Notes: a model not told the origin generated them from the sequence alone. A stretch of 62,108 nucleotides of DNA, filler included, from an uncultured virus (IMG/VR IMGVR_UViG_2049941000_000856) (4 parts of one record of this genome joined end to end with filler, not necessarily neighbours in it), one strand, 5' to 3'. Positions 1 to 8,764 are shown, counted from the first letter of the whole stretch. Numbers and translations: made by a program.

Positions 1-1565
1 ATGCAAATACGTTATGTAATATTTAATTTTATTATCGGTGCGATTTTGGCAATAAACACAGGCTGCAAGGGTACTTACAACAAGCAACTGACAGCCGCCT
101 CCAAAGCGAACACCCCCAAATGCATTGTTGGAGTCGTGCAAAGCTCCAGCATTCAAGAATCTATCGAGAAAAAGCTTCCTAAAGCCCAAATCAAGCAATA
201 CTCAGACTTGATTACCGCCTACTTTGCACTCCAAGTCGGGGAAATCGATGCGCTCGCCTACAACGAAACCATCCTCACCCACACGTTTAACGATAGCATG
301 AGCGGTCTCACCTACATTCCCAACGATATCGGCGTCACCGAAGAAATCGTTATCGGCATGAACAAGCACAGCACTATTCCCAACCTCAAGGGAATCATCA
401 ACAAGTTCATCGATAGCTTAAACGCCGCAGGCACCTTGACCGAGCTCAACGAGCACTGGAACCAAAAACTAAAAACAAATCCGCTTATAAGCACCAAGGA
501 AAGCGAATCCGAACAAATTCTGAGAATTGCCACCTCTGCCGATGTTCCCCCATTTTCGTTCATTAACGATAAGCAAATTGTGGGAATCGACATCGATATA
601 TCAAAGCTTCTCGAAGACCGACTCAACATCAAGACCATAATTGTCAAAAAAGAACGCAGCAAACTTGTTGCCGCCCTCAAAAACAATGAAGCCGACCTCA
701 TTATCTCGGCGTTCACTAAGTCAGAAAGTCTCCAGAACGATATCGAATTTTCAAAGCCCTATTACATCGGGAAAACCGCATTCGCTATCCGCCAAAGCGA
801 TTACGAAAAAGAAGTCCCCTTGAGCAAAGTTCCTAAAATGACTTATCTTGAACCAAAAAAGCCCGATGAAATCTACAAGCTAGCCGACTTGTCCGGGAAA
901 TTTGTGGGCGTACAAACGGGAGCGACTCTTGACGAGCAGGTGCAGCAAATGATCAAGCTCCCCCGCATCCAATATTTCACGAATATTCCTGAAATGACCA
1001 AAGCGCTAGAACAAAGGGACCTCGATGCCATTGCCGTAGACTACTCCGTTGCAGAAGCCATCCTCAAGCACCATTCAGAATTTTCCATTTTGAAAGACCG
1101 CTTGAGCAAGGATGAATTTGGGATTGCCATGAGGAAAAACAATCCCCTCAAAACAAGCATCGATTCTTGCATCAGGATTCTAGAAAAGAAAGGCGAAATC
1201 CAACGAATCAAGGATAAATGGTCTAAAAACAGGTCCGCTGTTAGAGTCATGCAGCAAGACTGGGTCGGAAACGACACGCTTATTGTCGGGACCGAAGCAC
1301 TCTACGCTCCTTATGAATTTTACCAGTGGGGTGAACTTTCGGGAATCGACATCGACATCATGTACACGATTGGCAAGATGCTCAACAAGTACATCAAATT
1401 TGCCGACATGAACTTCGACGTTTTGATTCCGTCGCTCGTGAACGAAAAGACGGACCTTTGCATTGCAGCGATGAGCATCACCGAAGAACGCAGCACTTCC
1501 ATCGACTTCTCGATTCCTTACGACAAAAACGAATCCGTGATTGTCGTACACACACCGCAGCACGC
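1..1565 (+). CDS. Host amino-acid ABC transporter substrate-binding protein with tandem family-3 SBP domains (3' truncated by gap)
   Basis: N-terminal signal peptide; repeated SBP_bac_3-type motifs (ATSADVPPFSF, VGVQTGAT, GTEALYAPYEF, MSITEERSTSIDFSIPY). The ORF-track tail beyond the 1566-1575 gap is chimeric. Confidence 0.85.
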
Positions 1566-1575
1566 NNNNNNNNNN

Positions 1576-1835
1576 GGAGCCCTTGATTTTATTGGGATTG
1601 CGTGTCTCATTTTACCCGATAAATGTGTGTTTTTTGATTTTGCCGTTTTTTCGCGAATTTCGCGGTTTGTTCTTTGAGCTCGAAAATTTCTCACGACTTG
1701 TGAGAAATTTTTATTTATGTGAATTGGCGTTTTTGAGCCGTTAAAGGCGTTTTGAATTTTTCTTGAAAATTGGGGTGCGGACATTTGGTGCGGACATGTT
1801 TTTGAGGCTTGTCGCTTTTTGTGAGACAAAAAAAG
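1576..1835. repeat. Putative Mu-like prophage end region with transposase-binding-like repeats (variant 1)
   Basis: 12-bp inverted repeat AAAATTTCTCAC-N5-GTGAGAAATTTT (1683-1711), direct repeat GTGCGGACAT at 1775 and 1788, further TGTCTCA/TGAGACA half-sites; homologous to 8765-8965. The terminal TG is not visible because of the gap. Confidence 0.6.
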
Positions 1836-1886
1836 AGGCAGGATTTTAGATCCTGCCTTAAATTTTTGCGGGTGGTGGAATTTGTT

Positions 1887-2021
1887 CTACAAGCCTGCCG
1901 TTTCATTGGTCCAGAGCGGTTTCAGTATCTTGTTCCAGATAAAGCCCCAGATGAAGCCGCCGCACCAGAGTAGCGGGGCAACCAACAGGCATAAGCAAGC
2001 GATTATAATCAGGAGCGTCAT
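1887..2021 (-). CDS. 44-aa hydrophobic membrane peptide (below ORF-track cutoff)
   Basis: MTLLIIIACLCLLVAPLLWCGGFIWGFIWNKILKPLWTNETAGL; GGAGGTG SD upstream; last gene of the early operon in variant 1 only. Confidence 0.55.
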   Translation of the reverse strand: MTLLIIIACLCLLVAPLLWCGGFIWGFIWNKILKPLWTNETAGL

Positions 2022-2035
2022 ATTTCACCTCCGCG

Positions 2036-2857
2036 TTATACCTTTAATATAGGTTCTTTTTGGTCGTGTGGAACATTATTTTCCGCTTTTTTCTTCTGGA
2101 GTATGGCGGAGAACTCTTCGATGGTGGGCACCTGGAGCGTTCCCTTGCCGTAGGGGTTCGGGGAGCGCATCTGCGGGCAGCCGGTGCCGAGTTTTTTGCT
2201 GGTGGCGTATTTCTTGACCATTTCGTGTACTTCGAAGACGTTGAAGTTATAATCGAAGCGGTCGAAGCCGTAGAACTGGAGCACGGTTCCAATGTGCGGA
2301 TCGTGGAAGACGAGCTTTTCTTTCTGCTTGGCGAGTTCAGCCGTTTTCTTGAGCAGCATGGGGAGCAAGAGCTCTAGCTGGTTGTCGGTTTCGGCCTGTT
2401 CAGGGGTCTTCTGCGTGCCCTGGAAGTCCTTCCAGTTCCTTAATGCGGCGTGCCAATCGGAGAGCGGAAGCCCGGATTTCATCTTCCAGCCTGTCATTGA
2501 ATAGTAGTTGTAGAAGCGTTTTGCACAGTCTGCGGACTTGCCGATTGTGGATGCGTATTCAATGGCTTCGTCTTCGCTTTGCGGGTGGTTTCCTGCGTTT
2601 GTTCTGGAGTTTTTTGCGGAGCGTTTGACGCTGAAAACGCAGTAATCGTCCTTGATTCCTTCGGTATCTTCGGAGTGTGCAATGAACTTTATGAGCACGA
2701 CAAGGCTTCGGCCTGTTTCATTTGTTCCATCGACTTCGAAAAGTATCAGGCGGTCGCCTACAGAATACAAGCGATCAGTCCTGCGGATTACGAAAGTCAA
2801 ATCGCCATTCAAGAGCGGTTCAAACTTCTTTTTTGTGACCTTCAAGATGTGTTCCAT
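2036..2857 (-). CDS. DUF3850/ASCH-like N-domain fused to a phage replication-protein-like C-domain
   Basis: HILKV..F.PLLNGDLTF.IR..DR.YSVGD.L.L.E (DUF3850 pattern) plus FYNYYSMTGWK..DWHAALRNW; homologue at 9008-9805. Confidence 0.65.
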   Translation of the reverse strand: MEHILKVTKKKFEPLLNGDLTFVIRRTDRLYSVGDRLILFEVDGTNETGRSLVVLIKFIAHSEDTEGIKDDYCVFSVKRSAKNSRTNAGNHPQSEDEAIEYASTIGKSADCAKRFYNYYSMTGWKMKSGLPLSDWHAALRNWKDFQGTQKTPEQAETDNQLELLLPMLLKKTAELAKQKEKLVFHDPHIGTVLQFYGFDRFDYNFNVFEVHEMVKKYATSKKLGTGCPQMRSPNPYGKGTLQVPTIEEFSAILQKKKAENNVPHDQKEPILKV

Positions 2858-2859
2858 AG

Positions 2860-3234
2860 TTACCTCTTGATGTATTGCCAGGACTGTGGCGGGCGTGTCG
2901 CTCCGAGGTCTTCCAGCTGGAGCCAGTTCGGTTCAAATTCGTCGGCACCTTCAATTGCCCATCCGTAAAGCTTGCCATCGCCTTTGTACTTGAGGATGTC
3001 TTCGCGAGAAACACAAGATTTGGCGCAGATATCTTCGGTGATTTCGGTAATTTCGAATGCTTCCGTTACAACCATACGCCCATCGATGCTGCGAACATCA
3101 GTGTTGTAGATGTACACGGTAGCGTCAAGATAGCCGCCTGTTTTTGGAGCCGTCTTGCGAAGTTCTAAAGTCTTTTTGCCTTGGTAAATGAGGTCTGCCC
3201 ATTTACCGTGCATGCTCATGAGTATGTCTTTCAT
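2860..3234 (-). CDS. ASCH-domain protein
   Basis: ILMSMHGKWADLIYQGKKTLELRK...VYIY...RPPQSWQY; homologue at 9809-10201. Confidence 0.8.
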   Translation of the reverse strand: MKDILMSMHGKWADLIYQGKKTLELRKTAPKTGGYLDATVYIYNTDVRSIDGRMVVTEAFEITEITEDICAKSCVSREDILKYKGDGKLYGWAIEGADEFEPNWLQLEDLGATRPPQSWQYIKR

Positions 3235-3275
3235 TTTTCGGTTCCTTTTTTTTCGAATTCTGTTTTTTACGCAGA

Positions 3276-3500
3276 TTATCGAGTTCTGATGAATACGTTT
3301 CGCAAAGATTCTTTGAGCTCTTCAATTCTATTTTCCTTCATGGCGATTGCCTCTGCTTGTTCACGGATGCTCTTTTCGAGTTCCACCTGCTTTGAAACGA
3401 ACTGATTCCTTTCAATCATGAGTGCGTCGTAGGCGTGGTGCCATTTGCTGACTTCATTCTGCAGCTGATTGATAAGTTCATCCTTTTCTTGTTCTGTCAT
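3276..3500 (-). CDS. Hypothetical coiled-coil protein
   Basis: 74-aa ORF in operon orientation with AAGGAG SD; absent from variant 2. Confidence 0.6.
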   Translation of the reverse strand: MTEQEKDELINQLQNEVSKWHHAYDALMIERNQFVSKQVELEKSIREQAEAIAMKENRIEELKESLRNVFIRTR

Positions 3501-3514
3501 TGGTTACTCCTTTA

Positions 3515-3697
3515 TTATGCGATCCTTGATAATGTTGAGAGAAGCTTGAAAATGATGGCGATCATAAGGCCAAACGCGAACAGATTGCCCAGGAAAACGA
3601 AAATACGGATGCTGTTTTCCTTGAAACCGAGCTTTATGCGGTGTTTCAAGGTCTCGATATTGCTCATTTCGGTTGCTTTTTTGGGGTGTTTTATCAT
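3515..3697 (-). CDS. Small membrane protein
   Basis: C-terminal hydrophobic helix; conserved homologue at 10213-10395. Confidence 0.7.
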   Translation of the reverse strand: MIKHPKKATEMSNIETLKHRIKLGFKENSIRIFVFLGNLFAFGLMIAIIFKLLSTLSRIA

Positions 3698-3722
3698 GTT
3701 TTTCTCCTTTAAAAAAGACCCC

Positions 3723-4226
3723 TTACGGGGCCTTGATTTTGAGTTTTTTGCCGTTGAAGCTCTTTAGGACTTGCCCTTTGTCTAGCCATTGCATCTTCAC
3801 GAGTGTTTTATTGTGGTTGTAGATGGGGCCTTGGTCTTCGTCGAGGGTGTTGTAGTGCGAACCGGCACAGAACTTAACTGCGTAATAGACCGCGTTGCGC
3901 TTGAAGGTGCCGATTCCTGCATATTCAAGCATTTCGCGGAGCAACTGGTCTGCAAGCTTCTTGCCGAGGAAACCGTGATAGTTCACGTCGTGGATCATCC
4001 ACGCCATAGCGAGCTTGATATCGCCAATCTTCGGAATGAACGGATTCACGACAGATGGACCGCTGCGAAAATCAGTGATATAGCCGGGGTGGATATCATA
4101 AACGAGGACTCCGGGCACCGTGTCGCACTGGATTTCGATGTGCATCTTGTACTGGATTTCCCAGAGGTCGGTCTTATCCATGTACTCTTTCCATGTAGGA
4201 ATGTCGGGGCGAATTGAAAGCTTCAT
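3723..4226 (-). CDS. DUF1353-family protein
   Basis: IHPGYITDFRSGP...AWMIHDVNY...ADQLLREML...YYAVK pattern. Confidence 0.7.
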   Translation of the reverse strand: MKLSIRPDIPTWKEYMDKTDLWEIQYKMHIEIQCDTVPGVLVYDIHPGYITDFRSGPSVVNPFIPKIGDIKLAMAWMIHDVNYHGFLGKKLADQLLREMLEYAGIGTFKRNAVYYAVKFCAGSHYNTLDEDQGPIYNHNKTLVKMQWLDKGQVLKSFNGKKLKIKAP

Positions 4227-4227
4227 G

Positions 4228-4698
4228 TTATCTCTTGTTGGTGATGGTGAGGATTGCTTCGCCGTAGTCTTCCATCATGTATTCGATGACCTTGGAAGTG
4301 GCGTTGCCAAAAATGACATTGGATTTTTGATCATGGTTGAACGCGGCAAGAACGCAGCCTTGTGTATCCTCGGGGCGGTTTCCTCCGTGGATGCGAACAC
4401 CGGAAAAACCGGGAACGTTCATAATGAGCGGAAGCGGTTTCTGGAATCGCTTGGAAAAGTTCACGATGCAGTCATAGGTGCCTGCAGGAATTGCCGTCTT
4501 ACCCGGAACCTTCGGCACTTTACGCACGGTAGGTTCCATTGTGTAACAGACGAAATGACCCTGCGGATCGTATTCGTGAGCCCGCCAAGTCTTGAGGTCC
4601 GTGTCGAGGTATTCATGGGCAATCTTCATGACTCCGATGGTGCGGTCTTCGAGGAAAATCTGCCGTTCGATGTTGATGTGGATGCGTTTGAATTTCAT
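4228..4698 (-). CDS. DUF5675-family protein (putative L,D-peptidase-like cell-wall enzyme)
   Basis: CYTMEP...KTAIPAGTY...NVPGFSGVRIHGGNRPEDTQGC; homologue at 10457-10927. Confidence 0.8.
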   Translation of the reverse strand: MKFKRIHINIERQIFLEDRTIGVMKIAHEYLDTDLKTWRAHEYDPQGHFVCYTMEPTVRKVPKVPGKTAIPAGTYDCIVNFSKRFQKPLPLIMNVPGFSGVRIHGGNRPEDTQGCVLAAFNHDQKSNVIFGNATSKVIEYMMEDYGEAILTITNKR

Positions 4699-4702
4699 CT
4701 TG

Positions 4703-4801
4703 TTAGAGTTGGTTGAGTTGATGGATGACGATTGCGAAGCCTATGGCTTCGAGTGCTGCGAGCACTACGAATGCGATTGTGATTTTGGTACTGATTTGCA
4801 T
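4703..4801 (-). CDS. 32-aa single-TM microprotein
   Basis: MQISTKITIAFVVLAALEAIGFAIVIHQLNQL; same-length homologue at 10930-11028. Confidence 0.6.
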   Translation of the reverse strand: MQISTKITIAFVVLAALEAIGFAIVIHQLNQL

Positions 4802-4812
4802 AGTTTCTTATT

Positions 4813-4870
4813 ACCCGTGCGGGGGCTCACACCCCGCGCCGTCCACTCCACGACTGTCTTTGCAACGGGC
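4813..4870 (-). ncRNA. Candidate tRNA-like three-stem RNA element (variant 1)
   Basis: GCCCGT/ACGGGT closing stem, GTCGT-GGAGTGG-ACGGC hairpin, GCGGGG-TGTGAGC-CCCCGC T-arm-like hairpin; covaries with 11050-11118. Confidence 0.5.
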
Positions 4871-4908
4871 TGCGGTCACGAAAATGGCTAGAACGTGACC
4901 TTGAATTT

Positions 4909-5094
4909 TTATCCGTTCTCCCACTTGTTGGCGAGATCTTCAATCGCCTTGCGTGGGCTTGAACCGACACCGCGAATGAGTTCCTTGCCTTGATTCTGTC
5001 GAAGAGTCACAGCGTAACCGAACTGGTAGTCCGCTTCGAGAACGAGCTGGTCGCGGAAGAGGTTGAGCGTCCTGTAGGTTTCGTTATTCGCCAT
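4909..5094 (-). CDS. Hypothetical phage protein
   Basis: Conserved with the ORF at 11282-11482 (FRDQL.LEAD...GYAV..RQ..GKEL.RGVG). Confidence 0.7.
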   Translation of the reverse strand: MANNETYRTLNLFRDQLVLEADYQFGYAVTLRQNQGKELIRGVGSSPRKAIEDLANKWENG

Positions 5095-5734
5095 CTTTTT
5101 CTTCCTTCGGCTGAACTTGGATGTCGTTGAAGTTGAGGCTTACTTCGACCCAGCCGCCTTCGGGAACGCTCAAGTCCTTGGAGCGGAAGCGGAGCGCCAT
5201 CTTCGATGACTTGACGAAGATGGAATCATCGAGGAGCTGCATCGCCTTCTTCCATTCGGCATCCTGGATGTCGATGCGCTTGAGCTTGAGAAGCATCGCT
5301 GTATTGATGCGGCCCTGCTTATCGACGGAGAAAGCCTGCGCGATGACCTTGGAAAGCGTCGGGTCTGTATCCTTGAGCTTATTATTAATCCACTTGTCGA
5401 TGGTGGTCTTGACCATCTGTAGGCGTTCATCGAAGCTCACGGTTTCGTCGATGCGGCGTTCGATGCAGAGGTTCTGCGAGAAGTTGTAAAGCAGGATATT
5501 TCCCTTCCATCCTTCGCGAACCTTGTTGTCCTTGGCAAGTTCCTTGAGATACTTCTCGATTGCATCGACGATTTCGGTCTTTTCGCTTTCGAGCTTCGCG
5601 GAGAGCTTGGAAACGCGTTTAAAGATACCTTCAACGAGCTTGTCGCGGCGTTTATCTTCCGGGCGAATGTATTCTTCCGGGACTGGGCGGCCCTTGGAAT
5701 CGAGCCAATTTCCTTGGTTGTCTTTTTGTGCCAT
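5084..5734 (-). CDS. DUF3164-family Mu-like early protein
   Basis: WLDSKGRPVP..I...DK.RD.LV; GNILLYNF; FDERLQ; AFSVDKQGRINT..LL.L.R.DI. Start set at MAQKD by comparison with 11448-12101. Confidence 0.8.
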   Translation of the reverse strand: MAQKDNQGNWLDSKGRPVPEEYIRPEDKRRDKLVEGIFKRVSKLSAKLESEKTEIVDAIEKYLKELAKDNKVREGWKGNILLYNFSQNLCIERRIDETVSFDERLQMVKTTIDKWINNKLKDTDPTLSKVIAQAFSVDKQGRINTAMLLKLKRIDIQDAEWKKAMQLLDDSIFVKSSKMALRFRSKDLSVPEGGWVEVSLNFNDIQVQPKEEKDGE

Positions 5735-5738
5735 GGTG

Positions 5739-5852
5739 TTACCTTTTGGTTTTTGATTGTTGTTTAAATTGTTCGGGGCTTTTGGCTCCCATTGCCTGGA
5801 TTGCCTTGATGAGGATTTTCGCGTCATCCTTGCAGATCCAGGTGATGACCTC
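5739..5852 (-). CDS. gemA: GemA/DUF1018 3' fragment
   Basis: EVITWICKDDAKILIKAIQAM, matching the C-terminus of 12109-12564; cut by gap. Confidence 0.75.
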   Translation of the reverse strand, partial: EVITWICKDDAKILIKAIQAMGAKSPEQFKQQSKTKR

Positions 5853-6052
5853 NNNNNNNNNNGCTAAAAACAAAGCAAAAATCAAAATTCACAACAAAGG
5901 AAGTGAAAAACCAAAGGAGTCCGTATGAAAAAAATTTATCAAAACAAGATGGGTGTTGATTTTCTTCATCTTGAAGACCGTCTACCAAATGTGCATAGGA
6001 TTGCCTCTTTATTTGATAACATTCCCCAGCCTAACACAACATTGCTGGTCGC

Positions 6053-6907
6053 CTATTTTTTTCTTCGCTTTGTATCCGGCTTATTTCTTGGGGCTACATA
6101 AAATCTACCAGTACGGGCTGAAAATTCGCTGTCCTTAATCTTGCAAAACTCATCCAGTCTGGAGTTCGCAATGGCTACAATTTCATCAATCAATTTTTCA
6201 ATAACATTTTTCTTCGCTTTGTTCATGCTAGGCGACAATTTTGGTCTAAAGAAATTAAGCAGTTTCTGCACGTCCATTACAAAGTTGTCAAAACCCTTCA
6301 CCGGTTCGAGAGACCGAATTCTTTTGTCGAGCTCAGGAAGAATTTCTTTCATGACTAAAGTAGCTTGGTCTTCATCGAGGTTGCCAGGAAGAAGCTTTAT
6401 TACATTGCAAAGATCGCTGATAGCGACCGCATCGTCATTCGTTCGTTTTGCAGAATTGATGACAAGGGGAATTGTTTCATCCCATAACTTTTTAGAGTTT
6501 TTGTTGGCTTCGTCAAGATGTTTCTTTTGTTCCTCAATCGCCTTGGCAAATTCGTTCTTTGTTTCGACCGCTATTTTGGCGGAGGCTTCCTTCGCCACTT
6601 CCGACGATCTTACATCAAATTGTGTCTTCAATTTTTTCGAGTCATATTTTGATATCACAAAAGATACAAGTGACAATATGATTGACACAATAGCTATTGC
6701 AACACTCACAAGCATAAGAAGGTTATTAAACGCGTCTTGATAGAACGTCTGCGAGTCTCTTAGTGCCTGAAGCGTGACTGAAGCAGAATCATAAACCAAT
6801 GAATGAACCGTATCGAAGGAAACAGTATGAACAGTATCAAAAACAGATGTATGCACGGTGTCGTAGATGACGTGGTGGATGGTGTCGATGACGGTTGTGG
6901 TGGGCAT
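6053..6907 (-). CDS. Cargo membrane protein with N-terminal DT[VI]H repeats
   Basis: 284-aa ORF, one TM helix followed by coiled coil; AAGGA SD. Confidence 0.7.
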   Translation of the reverse strand: MPTTTVIDTIHHVIYDTVHTSVFDTVHTVSFDTVHSLVYDSASVTLQALRDSQTFYQDAFNNLLMLVSVAIAIVSIILSLVSFVISKYDSKKLKTQFDVRSSEVAKEASAKIAVETKNEFAKAIEEQKKHLDEANKNSKKLWDETIPLVINSAKRTNDDAVAISDLCNVIKLLPGNLDEDQATLVMKEILPELDKRIRSLEPVKGFDNFVMDVQKLLNFFRPKLSPSMNKAKKNVIEKLIDEIVAIANSRLDEFCKIKDSEFSARTGRFYVAPRNKPDTKRRKK

Positions 6908-6964
6908 AATAATTCCTTGAAAAAGAAGGTGTCGCCCCGCAGGTGCGGGGCGGACACTCTCGGT

Positions 6965-7288
6965 CTATTGATTCTCTATCGGTTCGCAGATTGCTTTCAA
7001 CGCGTCAAGTTTTTCCTTCTCTCCCGACGGTTCGGGAATGTCGGAAATGTTTGGCTCAGCACCCATATAAAGCATTCTCAGTCTATTGACCAAGACCTCA
7101 AACGCCGTTTCGGCATTTGCTATCGGACGGCGGTCGAGTACATAACCGTCGTCTTCAGGAACCTTTACGGCTTTTTCGCTTTGATGATAAATCGTAGCGA
7201 GACCATTGGGAGCTGGGCAAACCGGAGCATTGCTGGTTGCCTTGACAAAGTAAAACACTTCATGCGAAAAACGCACTACCCTATTCAT
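6965..7288 (-). CDS. Hypothetical cargo protein
   Basis: GGAGGA SD before ATG 7288; extended -10 (TGATATAAT, 7357-7365 on minus) and two leader hairpins upstream. Confidence 0.6.
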   Translation of the reverse strand: MNRVVRFSHEVFYFVKATSNAPVCPAPNGLATIYHQSEKAVKVPEDDGYVLDRRPIANAETAFEVLVNRLRMLYMGAEPNISDIPEPSGEKEKLDALKAICEPIENQ

Positions 7289-7404
7289 GGATTCCTCCAT
7301 TGGAATCAGCTTGCCTACCTGGCAAGCAGCGGGATTTCCTGCCCGCCTACCACTAAATTATATCATTCTTCAAAAGTGCGGAACCAATTCAATCAAGTTC
7401 CCGC

Positions 7405-7881
7405 TCACGCGGTAGCTTGGGTGGGTGGGTCTTGCTTGGCGGCGGTTTGGGCGGAGAGGCCGAGGGCGACGACGAGGTTGAACAGCGTGGAGAGTTGCGT
7501 GGGCGTGGGCGTGGCCGAGCCGTCTTGCCAGGAGGAGAGCACGGCGGGGGCGACCCCTACGAGCTGGGCAAGCCGTTCAAGGGGTGTGTTGGACAGGGCT
7601 ATCGCTCCCTTGATGTCGAGACCTTCTATGGCTTTGTTTTCTTTCTTCTCTAAAATAACATTTTGATTTTTAGGTAATGTTATATCAATGTTATCGTTAA
7701 AGCCAACAGATTTTAATCTATACAGGAATTTCGGGCCTATTTTTACCTCGCCTTTAATGTATGAATTAAGGTTTTGCGGCTTAATGCCCATAGCATCAGC
7801 CAAACCTTTAAGGCTTCCAAAATGCTCAAAAGCGAACTTTTTAACATTTTCTAACATTTTTTCGTTTTTGGGTATTGACAT
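7405..7881 (-). CDS. Prophage repressor, variant A (two XRE-like HTH domains)
   Basis: LKGLADAMGIKPQNLNSYIKG and LERLAQLVGVAPAVLSSWQDG; divergent from the Ner-like gene. Confidence 0.75.
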   Translation of the reverse strand: MSIPKNEKMLENVKKFAFEHFGSLKGLADAMGIKPQNLNSYIKGEVKIGPKFLYRLKSVGFNDNIDITLPKNQNVILEKKENKAIEGLDIKGAIALSNTPLERLAQLVGVAPAVLSSWQDGSATPTPTQLSTLFNLVVALGLSAQTAAKQDPPTQATA

Positions 7882-7934
7882 AATGTTATTTCAATGTTAT
7901 ATTATGTTATGTAGTGGTAACAACCACCACTACA
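7875..7934 (+). promoter_or_regulatory. Early promoter with operator repeats and 5' hairpin (variant A)
   Basis: TTGACA(7875)-N17-TATATT(7898); ATGTTAT at 7883, 7894, 7904; inverted repeat TGTAGTGGT-N7-ACCACTACA 7910-7934. Confidence 0.7.
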
Positions 7935-7961
7935 AAGCAAAGGTAAAAAAAGGATTTGCCC

Positions 7962-8150
7962 ATGCCAACAATTAAAAATCTTACAGAGACAAAAATCTCA
8001 TGGATAGCGGTCGCCAACGCGGTATCAGAAATCGCAGGAAAGCCCTACAGCCCGCACTACATAAGGGAAGTAGCCACAGGCTACCGCTCCAACAAGCAAC
8101 TCACCCCCATCCTCCAAAACCTTGGAATTGTCAAAAAAGAGGTAGCATAA
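7962..8150 (+). CDS. Ner/Cro-like small DNA-binding protein
   Basis: First gene of the early operon; homologue at 27929-28111 (IAGKPYS..Y.REVATGYRSNKQLT.ILQ.LG). Confidence 0.65.
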   Translation: MPTIKNLTETKISWIAVANAVSEIAGKPYSPHYIREVATGYRSNKQLTPILQNLGIVKKEVA

Positions 8151-8754
8151 TGATCAAGTCCATTTACGATGAAGATACCGAAAACACCGCCAAAGGGGGG
8201 ACCAAATCGGGCGACCCTTCGGACAAAGGAAACGGCGAAGAAAGCCTGCTCGAAACCGCCAAAAAGCTCGACGAAGTTCTCGGCACGGACGGTTCCAACA
8301 ACGAAGTCCTCTATGGCGAAAACGCCGCTTTCCCTGAAAGTCCGCTTGTCCCGGTCGAATATTCCAACTCCAGTGCAAAGTGCATCGTCAAGGAACAGGG
8401 CCTCGAAGAAGGCGAACTTGACCCAACAACGGCGACCGCCCTCAAGCTTCGTTACCGCATCTTCAACGACACGTCCATCCGCATGAGCATCGACACCGAA
8501 AAGAATGTGTGGTTCGTCGCAGACGATATCGTGAAGGTTCTCGGCTATACCAAAAACACGGCTTCGGTCATCAAGCAGCACTGCGGCAAGGTCTATGACA
8601 GCAAGGACCTCGACGGCACAAACGAGCTAGCCAAGAAACTCGTCATCGATACGAAGGGTGGCAAGCAGGTGATGATCGCCATCAGCGAACCGGACGTTTA
8701 CCGCCTCATCATGCGTTCCAACATGCCCGAAGCCCGCAACTTCGAACGCTGGGT
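8150..8754 (+). CDS. BRO-N domain antirepressor-like protein (3' truncated)
   Basis: WFVADDIVKVLGY...ISEPDVYRLIMRSNMPEARNFERW. Confidence 0.8.
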
Positions 8755-8764
8755 NNNNNNNNNN

